Source: Selaginella moellendorffii (lineage: Eukaryota > Plantae > Lycopodiophyta). Taken from it: DNA of 64,000 nt. The notes beneath the pieces were generated by a model that worked only from the letters and a program-made list of their open reading frames with translations, was not told the origin of the DNA and made no database searches. Position numbers and translations under genes: made by a program. Below, one piece after another: positions 11,551-23,970 of the stretch (positions are counted from its first letter, which is position 1; each line of letters starts with the position of its first letter). The DNA is taken from the NCBI RefSeq assembly GCF_000143415.4, contig NW_003314273.1, positions 2,174,597 through 2,238,596 on the forward strand, given 5' to 3'.

Positions 11551-11754
11551 GTGCTAGTGGCAGACGTGAACATTGGATACGAGGACATTGTCAACAGTTG
11601 TTAAAGTTTGCTCTCCCGCTGAAAACTTATATGGGCTTTGGCGCACCAAGTACTGGGATTCAATGGCACTAATGTCGAGAACTTGAAGCATTTAGCAAAT
11701 GTGGTGGAGAGCTGCAAAGAGGAGTTTGTCAAATTTGATCTCAACCATCAACAT
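11551..11754 (+). pseudogene. DegP/HtrA PDZ fragment, copy 2
   Basis: VLVADVNIGYEDIVN...QVLGFNGTNVENLKHLANVVESCKEEFVKFDL. Confidence 0.8.
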
Positions 11755-11990
11755 GTTCCATAGCTCAAAGAATGGAGTCCCGGTTCTCGGGAATATTTTT
11801 TTATACGTTATGTTATTTAGTACGTTAAGTAATACATCAAAATAAAATATTAAATTAGTAAGGATTTAAAAATTGCAAGCAACACAACTAATGAGATACA
11901 CTTGTCCAGACACTAAGAATTCTTTTGGATTTTGCCGATGGAAACTTGTTTTAATTTGTGAGTTAGGTAAATGAATCTTCTTAAAGGTAA

Positions 11991-12923
11991 ATGAAGCAAC
12001 AAATTATAATTATATTTTTTTGGGGTATATGTTCTCTTTCCCCATCTCACTCCACCATATATCAGTATTTCCACTTTCGTGAAGGTTTGGGTGTGCTTGA
12101 TATGGATCAAGCAGGAGAAGTTGGACACCACCTTTCATTGGTTATGATAGCTGGAATACCTCTATATACATCTACAAGCACAACACAGGAAGGGTCTACC
12201 TTTTCTGCAGAAATCCAAGCTAATAGGCAATTGTTTAATCTTGCATTCTACTTTTTTAGTGCACGTGACCTCACTCTACAATGCTATATAGCATTGGGAA
12301 CTCCAACTACAAGGGTTTCTAACAATTTAATCCACGAAACACTAGGAGATACCATGGACCGAATTGCTGATGAAATTCTTAATTCTCGTCCTGCCCTTGG
12401 CTTTGTGATAATTGTTACTGATATTGGGGTGTTTGGAGTCTCTTACATGATTCGCAATTATGTAAGACCACACATTGGCACTAATGATTCAAGCAGGATT
12501 AATCTTCAATCTTGCAACCCTTTCTCGGCCATGCTTGTTAGTGGTACCAGGATTAACCCCTTTTCAAGGCTTGGTCCTGGGGATCAAATTCATTTAGGAG
12601 GGAATACACAAATTGGAGTAATCGTATTGTTCATGGATTACACTTGCAACTTGATTATCTACATATATACTACTAGCAAGTCACTTTGGACCTCTGAAAC
12701 TCATGGATTTGGGTTCGATTGCTATGTGCTCATGCAAGAAGATGGGAACCTGGTAATCTATGGATCACTTGGAACATCATTTTGGTCAAGCTTTTCTTTT
12801 TGTGTGCCTTCTCCTACATGCATTGCTCCATCATTTGTTGCTCTTGGACCCAGATGCAGGGTTGGTGTGTATAGATATGGTGCTCCGGCAGTTGAAGTCT
12901 GGTCACCAGGTGATTTTTGCTAA
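11991..12923 (+). CDS. Secreted chimeric lectin, copy 2 (unknown domain + bulb-type lectin)
   Basis: Intronless 310-aa ORF with signal peptide and QEDGNLVIY. Paralog of 5331-6263 with only in-frame indels. Confidence 0.85.
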   Translation: MKQQIIIIFFWGICSLSPSHSTIYQYFHFREGLGVLDMDQAGEVGHHLSLVMIAGIPLYTSTSTTQEGSTFSAEIQANRQLFNLAFYFFSARDLTLQCYIALGTPTTRVSNNLIHETLGDTMDRIADEILNSRPALGFVIIVTDIGVFGVSYMIRNYVRPHIGTNDSSRINLQSCNPFSAMLVSGTRINPFSRLGPGDQIHLGGNTQIGVIVLFMDYTCNLIIYIYTTSKSLWTSETHGFGFDCYVLMQEDGNLVIYGSLGTSFWSSFSFCVPSPTCIAPSFVALGPRCRVGVYRYGAPAVEVWSPGDFC

Positions 12924-13049
12924 ATTCACATAAAAAGTGCTTTGAATAAATTTTAAAGAATAAAATGTAAACTAAACCATTGGAAGTTGTCTTGCAATTT
13001 TGCTAGTTTGGTAGAATTTTCTTCTTCCATGTGTGCCTTGGTGGATCGC

Positions 13050-14085
13050 CATTCTCGCGAGCGTCACCACTGGGCTTCGACGCATTCCTTGGCCGATGAA
13101 TACTGTGCGAAGGGACACTACTTCTTTCACAGGGAGGAAGACTCGGCTTGCAAGGGAAAGAGGCTACTGGAGCCTTTTCGGTGCAGCAATCTGTGGATTT
13201 CGTCTCTTTCGAGGCAGGGAGAAGAAGGGTCGAGCACGCCATGCTTGCATCCAGCGCGGGTTTGGCCTATTTCCTTAGCAACTTATTTCGATTCGAGGTA
13301 AGCTTCTCTCTTCTCAATTCTTACTCCACAGTCTTACTTTGGATGCTTCTTTCTGCTTCCTATTGTCATCTCCGGGGCGCGGCCACTGGTCGCAAAACAA
13401 TGAATGTTTTCATCTTTGCTGTATTCGAAAAACATTTGTTCTCTAGGCGATCACAGCATTGCTTCTTCACGTCATTGCTGGACTCTTTCTTACGTCGTAG
13501 GTATTTCCTCGCACAGATTTGGATATCTCACAGAACTTTTGGAATTCTTCGTCTAGTTGATGCACGGATTTCTCGGCGTTGCCATGGGTGCTTTGTTGAG
13601 TCGCTCGCTCGCTCGCTAGATTTCCATTTTCTAACACACTGCTGCTCAGATGGAGAATCAACTGGGGCGTCTCGATCCTTGCTTGTACACTGGTATGCAC
13701 GAAACTCTTTGCTTTTGGCTCGATGTTCTCGCTGTCTAGAGTTGCAGGTCCGTGCTGTTGGAGCGATTGGCTTTGTGTTTCTGTGCTCTTGGCTGGTCAA
13801 GAAAAATATCTTCAGCTTGGTACAAAGAGATTCTCTTCTGAATGTTCCTCTTCTCTTGCAGATCACCATAAACACCCATGCTTCGCTCTCGTACATTCCT
13901 CGCTTACAATGCCGACCATCTATGCTGGGTAAAGTTTCTCCCAGTTTTAGATCGAAAGCTGACCTCTAGCTTATCGTGAACTGCGCATCGCTTGTTTTCC
14001 TCCTCCATGTTTTGTACGCGATTATTCTTCAGGGCCTGGGAATCAAGTTGTCACTGGCGGTTCCTGGCTGGATGTCGAGATCCAT
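13050..14085 (+). pseudogene. Degenerate membrane protein (possibly CPA1-like) fragments, copy 2
   Basis: Paralog of 6400-7460. Confidence 0.35.
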
Positions 14086-14185
14086 GTAAAATCAAAGGAT
14101 GCTTACCCGGAATTCATCCTTTTGTACAGACACCATTTCTGGCGTTGATATAAAAATCGGGGATGGTGAAAATTCCAGCTCTAAG

Positions 14186-15430
14186 TTAGAGCACGTTCTC
14201 TCTGTTTATCAAGAAAGATGCCCAAGCCTCGCTTGAAGGAGCTACAGGATGAACCCAGTGACCAGGAGTTCGACTGCAAGGAATGACCAAACAAACACCA
14301 CACTGCATCAAAAACTCAAAGAAGAAGATTTCAAAGTACCTCCCACCCGGTGCAATATATGTGTCCCAGCCTCTTCGAACCTGATAAGTACGAAATCCCA
14401 GGCGTACTCAAACCTCGCGTTCCCATGTCGATTCTGCTACCATAGTAGTAGCGGTAGAGGTCGGGAGGCAATCGTTGATCCAGTTCCTCACTTCTTTTCG
14501 TGTTACTAGGCTGTGGAGTTGCTTCTTTGATGGTATTTTCATCGTCCGTGGAAGGGTTCCTTGTTGTTTGCTCTTCGGCATTTGCAGGAAAGGCTTCAGC
14601 AGTAGCTCCGCCAGCCTGTCGCTCTTCTGCTTCAACTGCGGCACGGACGCTCTCCGTGAATGCATCATCATCCTCTGGGAATAGATGGCCTGTGAAAACA
14701 AAAGCAAGAATGTCAAAAAGAAGAAACCATAGATGAACGAAATGGTCCCAACCTGGCGTCTTAAGTTTCTGGATGCGAAGTGAACGCAACTCCTGGAGTT
14801 TTTCAACAACTAGCACCATTTCCATCTGCAAAGGAAGACGGGAAAAAGTGTAAGCGAGTACATAAACAGACATAGGCTGCACCTCTTTCTCCAATCGCAA
14901 CCTCGCCTCCTTAACGGTTTTCTTTTGAGCAACATCGTTTATCTTTTTCCATCTGAGCAAACCTGCTGTCAAACAAGAAAGGAAGGAAGAAAGAATCTAT
15001 CATACCTTCTTCTTAACAATGTCTCTTGCAATCTCACGAGTTCTCCATTCCTCCGCTTGACGATCGGCTTCCTCGAAAAGTTTGTCCGCCTAAACAACGA
15101 AGAATTGTAAGCAACGAAGCATAAAGCTATAGAACAAAAGAGAAAAAGAGAAAGAATCTAAGAACTTACCATTCTCCTCTTCTCGGCCTCGTGCTGCCTC
15201 TGATCTTGCGACGACTCTCCAATTTGATCCTCCTTTCCCGAAATTTTGCCACAGCAGTGATGCCGCATTTCCATCCACGACGCCTTGCAGCGGCAGGCGA
15301 AGCCCCTCGATCATGCCGATCGATCTCCCGCCGCAAATGCCGAGCTGCTAAATTTTCCCCCATCAATCTCTTCCGGACCCCGAATCCCATCGATGTAGTG
15401 CTTCCTCGCATGGAGGGCATTGCTAGCGCG
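14186..15430 (-). CDS. SNRNP59: U11/U12 snRNP 59 kDa protein (PDCD7-like); 5' exon frame uncertain, possibly disrupted
   Basis: Exons encode ADKLFEEADRQAEEWRTREIARD, VEKLQELRSLRIQKLK, HLFPEDDDAFTESVRAAVEAEE, LPPDLYRYYYGSRIDMGT, VRRGWDTYIAPGG and SRTPGHWVHPVAPSSEAWASFL. Start coordinate is approximate. Confidence 0.8.
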
Positions 15431-18400
15431 CGCCTCTCCCTGCCCTGGAACGCCCTCATCCTCGGCTCGCCTTGCATGTGATCGATCGGCGCCGGGCTCT
15501 CAAGATCACTTACACGGCCTTGAGCAGCTCGAGGTTGAATCCATAAACCCTAAACTCCTGTTCCACGTGGAGCGATCTCAGCCGTTTGCTCTCAACGGTC
15601 GTGGTCTAAGGGATTGCATTCGCATCGAATGGAATTTCATGGGCACAACATAGTGCGCCGATTCACCTGCCTAGAAGCAAAGTGAGGTATGAAAATCTCA
15701 AATCTCTTCCAAGCCAGAGATTTCGTTTGGTAGTTAAAGGTCGTTATTCTAACAGGAAAAAAAAAAGAGGCTTACTTCCCAAGAAAGTATGAGTAACTGG
15801 AATCGTCTGCAAAGTAATCCCCCATCGTGAGTCAAGCCGAGTATCATTCGATCCTTGTTCCTGCCGTAGAAGACCAAGAGAGCCACGCACGACGAATACG
15901 GGGGACCTCTTCCAGATATTTGCTTCTTAAAAAGCACTTTCAAGTCTGGCTCAAGACTTAGCATGCTGACTGCTCGGCAGCTTGTTGAATGCTACTTAGC
16001 ATTCAACACCACGTCCATTAAAATCACGTTGGCTCCTGGTTGAGGAAGATTCACCCCGGAGAAGTGCTCAGGCAGGACTTGAAATTGCTCCAATTCATGG
16101 AGGGAGCAATCGACAGGATTCAGTAGCATCGCATGAGAGAATTAAGTACCAATCTAGTGAGGGCTTGGTCACGGCAGCGGCATGGATTGAACAGAGGGAG
16201 ATCACGAGGGCAAGAACGAGAGGAATCGCGCGCAACAGAGGGACAAGAGGAATCACTTGCAAGAACGAGAGGAATTGATTGTAGCAGAAAGAGAATGGGA
16301 GTGGAATGCTTACCGAGCCTGTGGGGGTGTAGAGCGCCACTAAATCGCTCCACCTCGATTTTGCACACAAATCTAGTGGCTCTTCTACAGCATCACCTTT
16401 CATGCCCAGACAAAACATAACAACTGTTGAATGGAATGGATCAAAGTAGGCATCATCACCAGCGCCGAAAGGATGAGGAGGATGAGGCAACACTCCGAAG
16501 TCCTGGTCTTCTGCTGGAGTTGCCGCTGATGTTGGTGTTGATATAGCCAGATTGCGGCCTGGAAGGCCTGTGCTTGTACTTGATCGGAGGCGAGAGCTGT
16601 AGCTCATGCAGAGCTTCTCCCTTCTGGAGACTTTTCAGCAATTCTAACTGTGCAGCAAGAGACCATCACAGTCAGTCGAGAGAAAAGAAATCACTAGACT
16701 CCCTGTTTCCACATTGGTTCCCGTGCTTCGTTCGTGGCATTTCCCTTTACGATCTTGAGGAAAGCTCCCATTGTTGCAATTTGGATCCATGCCTACCATG
16801 CAAACCGGGCACCAGTTTGACTTCGAGTTAGTGTCCTCCATGCAGCTCATGTGGACTAAAACACATGAGAAAAATTTGATCTTCCACAAACGTGTGACTA
16901 CAGATGCTGCAGCTGGCAGTCAAGGGACTTAATCCATGGACACTTTCAGTATTTGAATGTCGTGAAACATGTCAGTTTCAAGTATCCGCCTTGCAGTACC
17001 CTGTAAGTCCTTGTTAAGAATAAATTGGCCGTGACATCGTAGAGTTGGTCATTGAAGTATTCAAGAGTTATACAGAAAGCTTGTAAGATGAAAAAAATTA
17101 GTTAAAGCACTGAAAGAAAAAAAACAAAAGAAAAATAGGTGTTTTACATGTTCTTCTTAACAAGGTGATGGGTTCTGTCAATGCAGATATCACGAAGTTA
17201 AAAGTATGGCGTGGTCAAGAAACATACTATAAAGTGCGGATATGTCGTCTCCTTTTCGTGTATAGACCAACGCGGACACCTGAGCAGGAAAATTTCTACA
17301 AAGCATTTTCAGGAACAATGCTAGGATGCCAGTCTTCCGCGGAAGATGTCCATATAAATTCAATGGAGATGTTCTTCTGTGGAAGGAAGATGTTGCATGT
17401 ATGAAGTGATTGTCCCAGCCTTGGTTCTTGGCGCTGTGCAAGCGCCGTCATCCTAAACGAATCTCAGCTTGTACAGCCTCGAAGTGCGCATATCCTCTAA
17501 CACAATTGAGAAATTTCCAACTCAAACACAGGTCATGAGTTCAAATTCTCTCCTTTCGCCTCTTTTATCCAAGTGAATGCAGTGGAGGACCACAGTGTGT
17601 GCTCCAAACCTTTTGTAGGAGTGTCAAGTGTAACATCTTCAAAACTTTATAGCCATTGTTCACTTTGCAACCTGGAGCATAAATCTGATATTGGGGCCAC
17701 ATATAGATGGATCATTACATGCACGCAAACCTTCCTAGACAAATGGATAAAAGAGGAAGAATTTGCACTGATGTGTCTTCCTGCATGTTCTATCAAGAAT
17801 AGAATAAAAAAGAACATGTCTAATCAGAAATTTATAAGTGGTTGTCAAAGTTTAACTTTATTAAAGCATTCCCATTTGAATACAATTAAGGATACAAAAA
17901 CAAATTACATACCATTAAGTACAATTTTTGTATTTCCAATAACTATGTACAAGCACCATGATAAATATAAAAAAAAAGAACAAATCATTTAATGTGATTT
18001 CTAAGTATATAAGAATATATATATATTTTGTGTATGTTTTATCTCTTACTATCAACAACTAGGGAATTTAATAATATGTTGAAAATTAATAATTTGAAAG
18101 GGAATAAATGCAAGTTAGTTTCTATAACAACTTTTTTATTTGCCAAAGGTTTTGCAATTTAAGTTAGTTATGAAGCCCTAGATTTCATTGAGCATTAATG
18201 TAATATATTTATTTAAAAGAGTTTTGATTACTTTTCTTAAATTTTTAAAAATAAAATATGTTAATAAAAATTCTATTTTAGAATGAAAGATGTACATAAT
18301 TGCAAAGATGCCACAAAGTGGAAATATATATATTATTTGATAGAATTAACTTTATTATAGTAAATGTTAAAAGTATTAAAAGCCTTGTATTGTTGGTGAA

Positions 18401-19558
18401 TCAAAATGCTTGCATAATAATCACAAATTCAGTATAAATGCCAACATTAAAGTAAAACACACAATCTAAATTAGTACAAATTTTATTATAATATATTATT
18501 ATCTTTTACTTTATAAAGAGATGGACATAAGCTTAAAAATTTTATAAAGACTAAGTTTAAATATAATTTATGGAAAAATTAAATAAAAATTAATGAGTAT
18601 TTAGAAGCACACAACTTGATTTTAGTTATAAAATTTTAGATCCGTTTGAAATGTTTTGAAACTATACATTATTTAATATTTATATGGACATATAAAGAAA
18701 GGTAAAACTTAAAAAACAATTTGATTCTTTATTAAACTTTGAAATTTAGGTTTTCAGTGATGATAAAAAAATTAGTAAAGATTATAATTTTCATGAAATT
18801 TTTCAAAAATTAATGGTATTTTAGCTCTTTTTATTGTATTTTATGATATTTAAGTATTGTCATCATGTATACACACATGATAAAGTATGATACTCATCAG
18901 TTATATGGTAAAAACTAACTATAGTATTTTTAAAAATAGGTAAAAATTAGAGTATAAAAAACTTTGACAAAATTAATATTTAAGTTTATATATTTTTTAA
19001 ATAATTTTAAAAGTTAAGCTTAGGTTTTGCCTTACCCAGTGTAATCTTCCATAAGTACATGCTATTTATTTGGCAAGAAGAAGGAATGTTTCACAAATCG
19101 CAAATAAAGTTTTAGTTTTGCATTTAAAGCTTTAAAACTTGAAGTTTCCCTTTCAATTGAGATTAAAGAGAGAAATTATTTTCCATAATAAAAATAAATA
19201 ACTTTAATGTATATTTTGTATTTTTATAGCTTATACTTGTAAATGTATTAAGTAAAAATCAAACATTTTTACTTAGAAAAGAGTATTTTAAGTATTTTAA
19301 ATATTTTAATTTAATAATATATAAAAAATTTACTTAAAATTTTTATTTATTGCAAATAATTTAGATAAAAAAGACAATTAAAAAGCTGAAAAAAATATAA
19401 ATTTGTTTTAGCTAAGAAAAAATAATATAAACATATCCAAAAATAGTTATGTTAAGTAGCTATAATGGATAAATTAATATAAGATTTGACTATAAAAGGA
19501 TCTTTTGAATTTGCCAAAACAATATAAAATATAGTGTATATGGTTAAATGGTCTATAT
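15225..19558 (+). repeat. Second tandem duplication, unit A (59K 5' region, unidentified degenerate sequence, AT-rich block)
   Basis: 15225-17860 is colinear with 19559-22120; 18100-19470 is colinear with 22380-23610. Confidence 0.9.
17800..19558. other. Extremely AT-rich non-coding block (possible non-autonomous TE remnant), copy 1
   Basis: Abrupt composition shift, essentially no ORFs, homologous to 22100-23970. Confidence 0.55.
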
Positions 19559-22500
19559 TGATCCTCCTTTCCCGAAATTTTGCCACGGCAGTGAGTTGCT
19601 CCCACGCCGCAGTTCCATCCACGGCGCCTTGCAGCGGCAGGAGAAGCCCCTCGACCTCCTGCCGCAAATGCCAAGCTGCCAAACTTTTGGCATCAATCTC
19701 ATTGCTGTTCTTCCGGACCCCGAATCCCATCGATGTAGTGCTTCCTCGCATCGTCACTGAAGAGGAGGGCATTGCTAGCGCGCGCCTCTCCCTGCCCTCA
19801 TCCTCGGCTCGCCTTGCAGCGATCACTTCCAGCTCCAGAGACCCGGCGCCGGGCTCTCAAGACTTACACGGCCTTGAGAAGCTCGATACTTCCCAAGAAA
19901 GTATGAGTAACTGGAATCGTCTGCAAAGTAATCACGAGAGCCACGTACGACGAATGCGGGGGACCTCTCCCAGATATCTGCTTCTTAAAAAGCACTTTCA
20001 AGTCTGGCTCAAGACGTAGCATGCTGACTGCTCTGCAGCTTGTTGAATACTACTTAGCATTCAACACCACGTCCATTAAAATCACGTTGGCTCCTGGTTG
20101 AGGAAGATTCACCCTGGAGAAGTGCTCAGGCAGGGCTTGAAATTGCTCCAATTCGTGGATAAGGGAGCAATCGACAGGATTCAGTAGCATCGCATGAGAG
20201 AACTAAGTATCAATCTAGTGAGGGCTTGGTCACGGCAGCGGCATGGATTGAACAGAGGGAGATGACGAGGGCAAGAACGAGAGGAATCGCGCGCAACAGA
20301 GGGACAAGAGGAATCACTTGTAAGAGAGGAATTGATTGTAGCAGCAAGAGAATGGGAGTGGAATGCTTACCGAGCCTGTGGGGATGTAGAACGCCACTAA
20401 ATCGCTCCACCTCGAGTTTGCACACAAATCTAGTGGCTCTTCTAAAGCGTCACCTTTCATGCCCAGACAAAACATAACAACTGTTGAATGGAATGGATCA
20501 AAGTAGGGATCATCACCAGCGCCGAAAGGATGAGGAGGATGAGGCAACACTCCGAAGTCCTCCCCTAGTTAGAAGCTACTAGGAAAACAAACGTACCTCA
20601 CCAGAAAGGTGTAGAGGATGACGAGCTTGTTGTTCGCTTTGAGCGCGCGCGATTTTTGTGTAGGGGTCTTCTGCTGGAGTTGCCGCTGATGTTGGAGTTG
20701 ATATAGCCAGATTGCGGCCTGGAAGGCCTGTGCTTGTACTTGATCGGAGGCGAGAGCTGTAGCTCGTGCAGAGCTTCTCCCTTCTGGAGACTTTTCAGCA
20801 ATTCTAACTGTGCAGCAAGAGACCATCACAGTCAGTCGAGAGAAAAGAAATCACTCACTCTGGAGACTCCCTGTTTCCACATTGGTTCCCGTGCTTCGTT
20901 CGTGGCCTTTCCCTTTACGATCTTGAGGAAATTTCCCATTGTTGCAATCTGGATCCATGCCTACCATGCAAACCGGGCACCAGTTTGACTTCGAGTTAGT
21001 GTCCTCCATGCAGCTCATGTGGACTAAAACACATGAGAAAAATTTGATCTTCCACAAACGTGTGACTACAGATGCTGCAGCTGGCAGTCAAGGGACTTAA
21101 TCCACGGACACTTTCAGTGTTTGAATGTCGTGAAACATGTCAGTTTCAAGTATCCGCCTTGCAGTACAACAGTAAGTCCTTGTTAAGAATAAACTGGCCG
21201 TGACATCGTAGAGTTGGTCATTGAAGTATTCAGGAGTTATACAGAAAGCTTGTAAGATGAAACAAATTAGTTAAAGCACTGAAAGAATAAAAAGAAAAGA
21301 AAATAGGTGTTTTACATGTTCTTCTTAACAAGGTGATGGGAGATTCTGTCAATGCAGTTCCCTTCAGATATCACGAAGTTAAAAGTATGGCGTGGTCAAG
21401 AAACATACTATAAAGTGCGGATATGTCGTCTCCTTTTCGTGTATAGACCAACGCGGACACCTGAGCAGGAAAATTTATACATAGCATTTTCAGGAACAAT
21501 GTTTACCCGCATCAGGATGCCAGTCTTCCGCGGAAACCATCATATGTGGATGTCCATATGAATTCAATGGAGATGTTCTTCTATGGAAGGAAGATGTTGC
21601 ATGTATGAAGTGATTGTCCCAGCCTTCGCTCTTGGCGCTGTGCAAGCGCCGTCATCCTAAACGAATCTCAGCTACAGCCTCGAAGTGCACATATCCTCTA
21701 CTACACAATTGAGAAATTTCCAACTCAAACACAGGTCATCAGTTCAAATTCTCTCCTTTCGCCTCTTTTATCCATCAAGATTTGCGTGCATGCATTGAGG
21801 ACCACAGTATGTGCTCCAAAACCTTTTCTAGGAGTGTCAAGTGTAACATCTTCAAAACTTTATAGCCATTGTTCACTTTGCAACCTGGAGCATAAATATG
21901 ATATTGGGACCACATATAGATGGATCATTACATGCACGCAAATCTTCCTAGACAAATGGATAAAAGAGGAGAGAATTGGCACTGATGTGTCCTCCTGCAT
22001 GTGGCAGGCTACCCTGTAATCCTTTCATCAACACAATATAGCCAGCTGCAGTCTGTCAATCAAGAATAGAAAAAAAAGGGCATGTCTAGTCATATAAGTG
22101 GTTGTCGAAGTTTAACTTTAAAATGACTAACTTTCAATATATCATTAAATTCCCTAGTTGTTGATAGGAAGAGATAAAAACATACACAAGATATAAATAT
22201 TCTTATATACTTAGAAATCACATTGAATGGTTTGTTCTTTTTTTTTTCTATTTGTGATGATGCTTGTACATGAATTGCACATAGTTATTGGAAATAAGAA
22301 AATTGTACTTAATGGTTTGTAATTTGTTTTACTTAGTTTTGTATCCTTAACTGTATTCACATGTATTAAAAGGGAGGAAATGCAAGTTAGTTTCTTTATC
22401 TGCCCAAGGTTCTACAACTTAAGTTAGAGTAACAGTTAGTTTAATGGTAATATATTTATTTAAAAAAGTTTTAAGTATATAATTCCATTAATTTTCTTAA

Positions 22501-23705
22501 ATTTTTAGAAATGCAATATGTTGATATTTTAATAAAATTTCTATTTTAGAAAGAAAGAATTACAAAGATGGCACGAAGTGAAAATGTGCACATTATTTGC
22601 TAGCATTAACTTTATTATAGTAAATGTTGAAAGCCTTGTATTGCTTATCAAAGTATGCTTATCAAAGTATCATTACTGAATCAAAATTCATGCATAATAA
22701 TCACAAATCTAATATAAATGCCAAAATTAAAGAAGAACACACAATCATAAATTAGTACAAATTTAATCATAATATATTATTATCTCTTACTTTATAAACA
22801 GATGGACACTAGTTTGAAAACATTATAGAGAATAACCTTTCAAGTATAATTTATGGAAAAATTATATCTAAACAACAAGTATTCAGAGGTACACAATTTG
22901 ATTTTAGTTATATGATTTTAAATCCACTTAAAAATTTATAAAAATATACATTGACTAATATTTGTATGGACATAAGTACTATAATAATTGTAAAAAGATA
23001 TTTTTAAACTTTAAAATTTAGGTTTTCAATAATGATCAAGAAAGTAGTAAATTTTATTTTTTGCATATAAAATTTCAAATATTAATGATATTTTAGCTCT
23101 TTTTATTGTATTTCATGACAGTTAAGTATTGCTATCATGTATGCATGCATGATAAAGCATAATACTCATCACTTATATTGCAAAAAGTAACAATAATATC
23201 TTTAAAAGGAGGTAAGTTAGAGTATAGAAAACTTTGACTATTAAAGTATATATATTTGTTAAATTATTTTAAAAGTTATGTGGAGCTTACGTTTTAATGC
23301 AATCGAGATTAAATAGATAAAACCCTTTTTCACAATAGAAATAAACAACTTTAATGTGTATTTGTATTTTTATAGCTTATGCTTATAAATGTACTAAGTG
23401 AAAATCAAATATATTTGACTTAGAAAAGAGTATTTTAAGTATTCTAATTAAATATTGTATAAAGAATTTGCTTAAATTTTTATTTTATTGCAATTAATTT
23501 AGATAGGAAAGAAAATTTAAAAGCTGAAAAATATATAAATATTTTTTAGCTAAGAAAAAATAATTTAAATATATCTAAAAATAGTTGTGTTAAGTTCTAA
23601 GATGTTATAATGGATATAGATCATTTAACCATATACACTACATTGTTTTATTCTTTTGGCAAATCCAAAAGATCCTAATTATAGTCCAAGCTTATATTAA
23701 TTCAC
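19559..23705 (+). repeat. Second tandem duplication, unit B
   Basis: Starts at TGATCCTCCTTTCCCGAAATTTTGCCAC, identical to 15225. Contains two short inversions relative to unit A. Confidence 0.9.
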
Positions 23706-23970
23706 ATATTTAATATTTAAGAGATTTCAGACTGCTTAGTAATATACTTTATTATACCTAGAAACATTTCCTAAATATATCTTATAACATCATCATATAT
23801 AAAACTTCTAAGCCTAAAAGTGATATTTATATCCCTATAAAGTATACATGCGTTTAGAAAATGTATAAGACTAACATATTAGTTTTAGGAAACTTTTAGA
23901 AACTCATACTTATTGAGGTTTACATTTTAGCTTAATTTTAGTATAAAATCAAAATTATTGAAATTAGAGG
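22100..23970. other. Extremely AT-rich non-coding block, copy 2
   Basis: Same composition shift and homology as 17800-19558. Confidence 0.55.

Larger units (their letters stand above)
7652..14272 (+). repeat. Tandem segmental duplication, unit B
   Basis: Colinear with unit A except for gene X orientation and small indels. Confidence 0.95.

Noticed and set aside
16095-17790. Short ORFs in the second duplication
   Set aside because: No recognisable domain, and frames are not conserved between the two copies.
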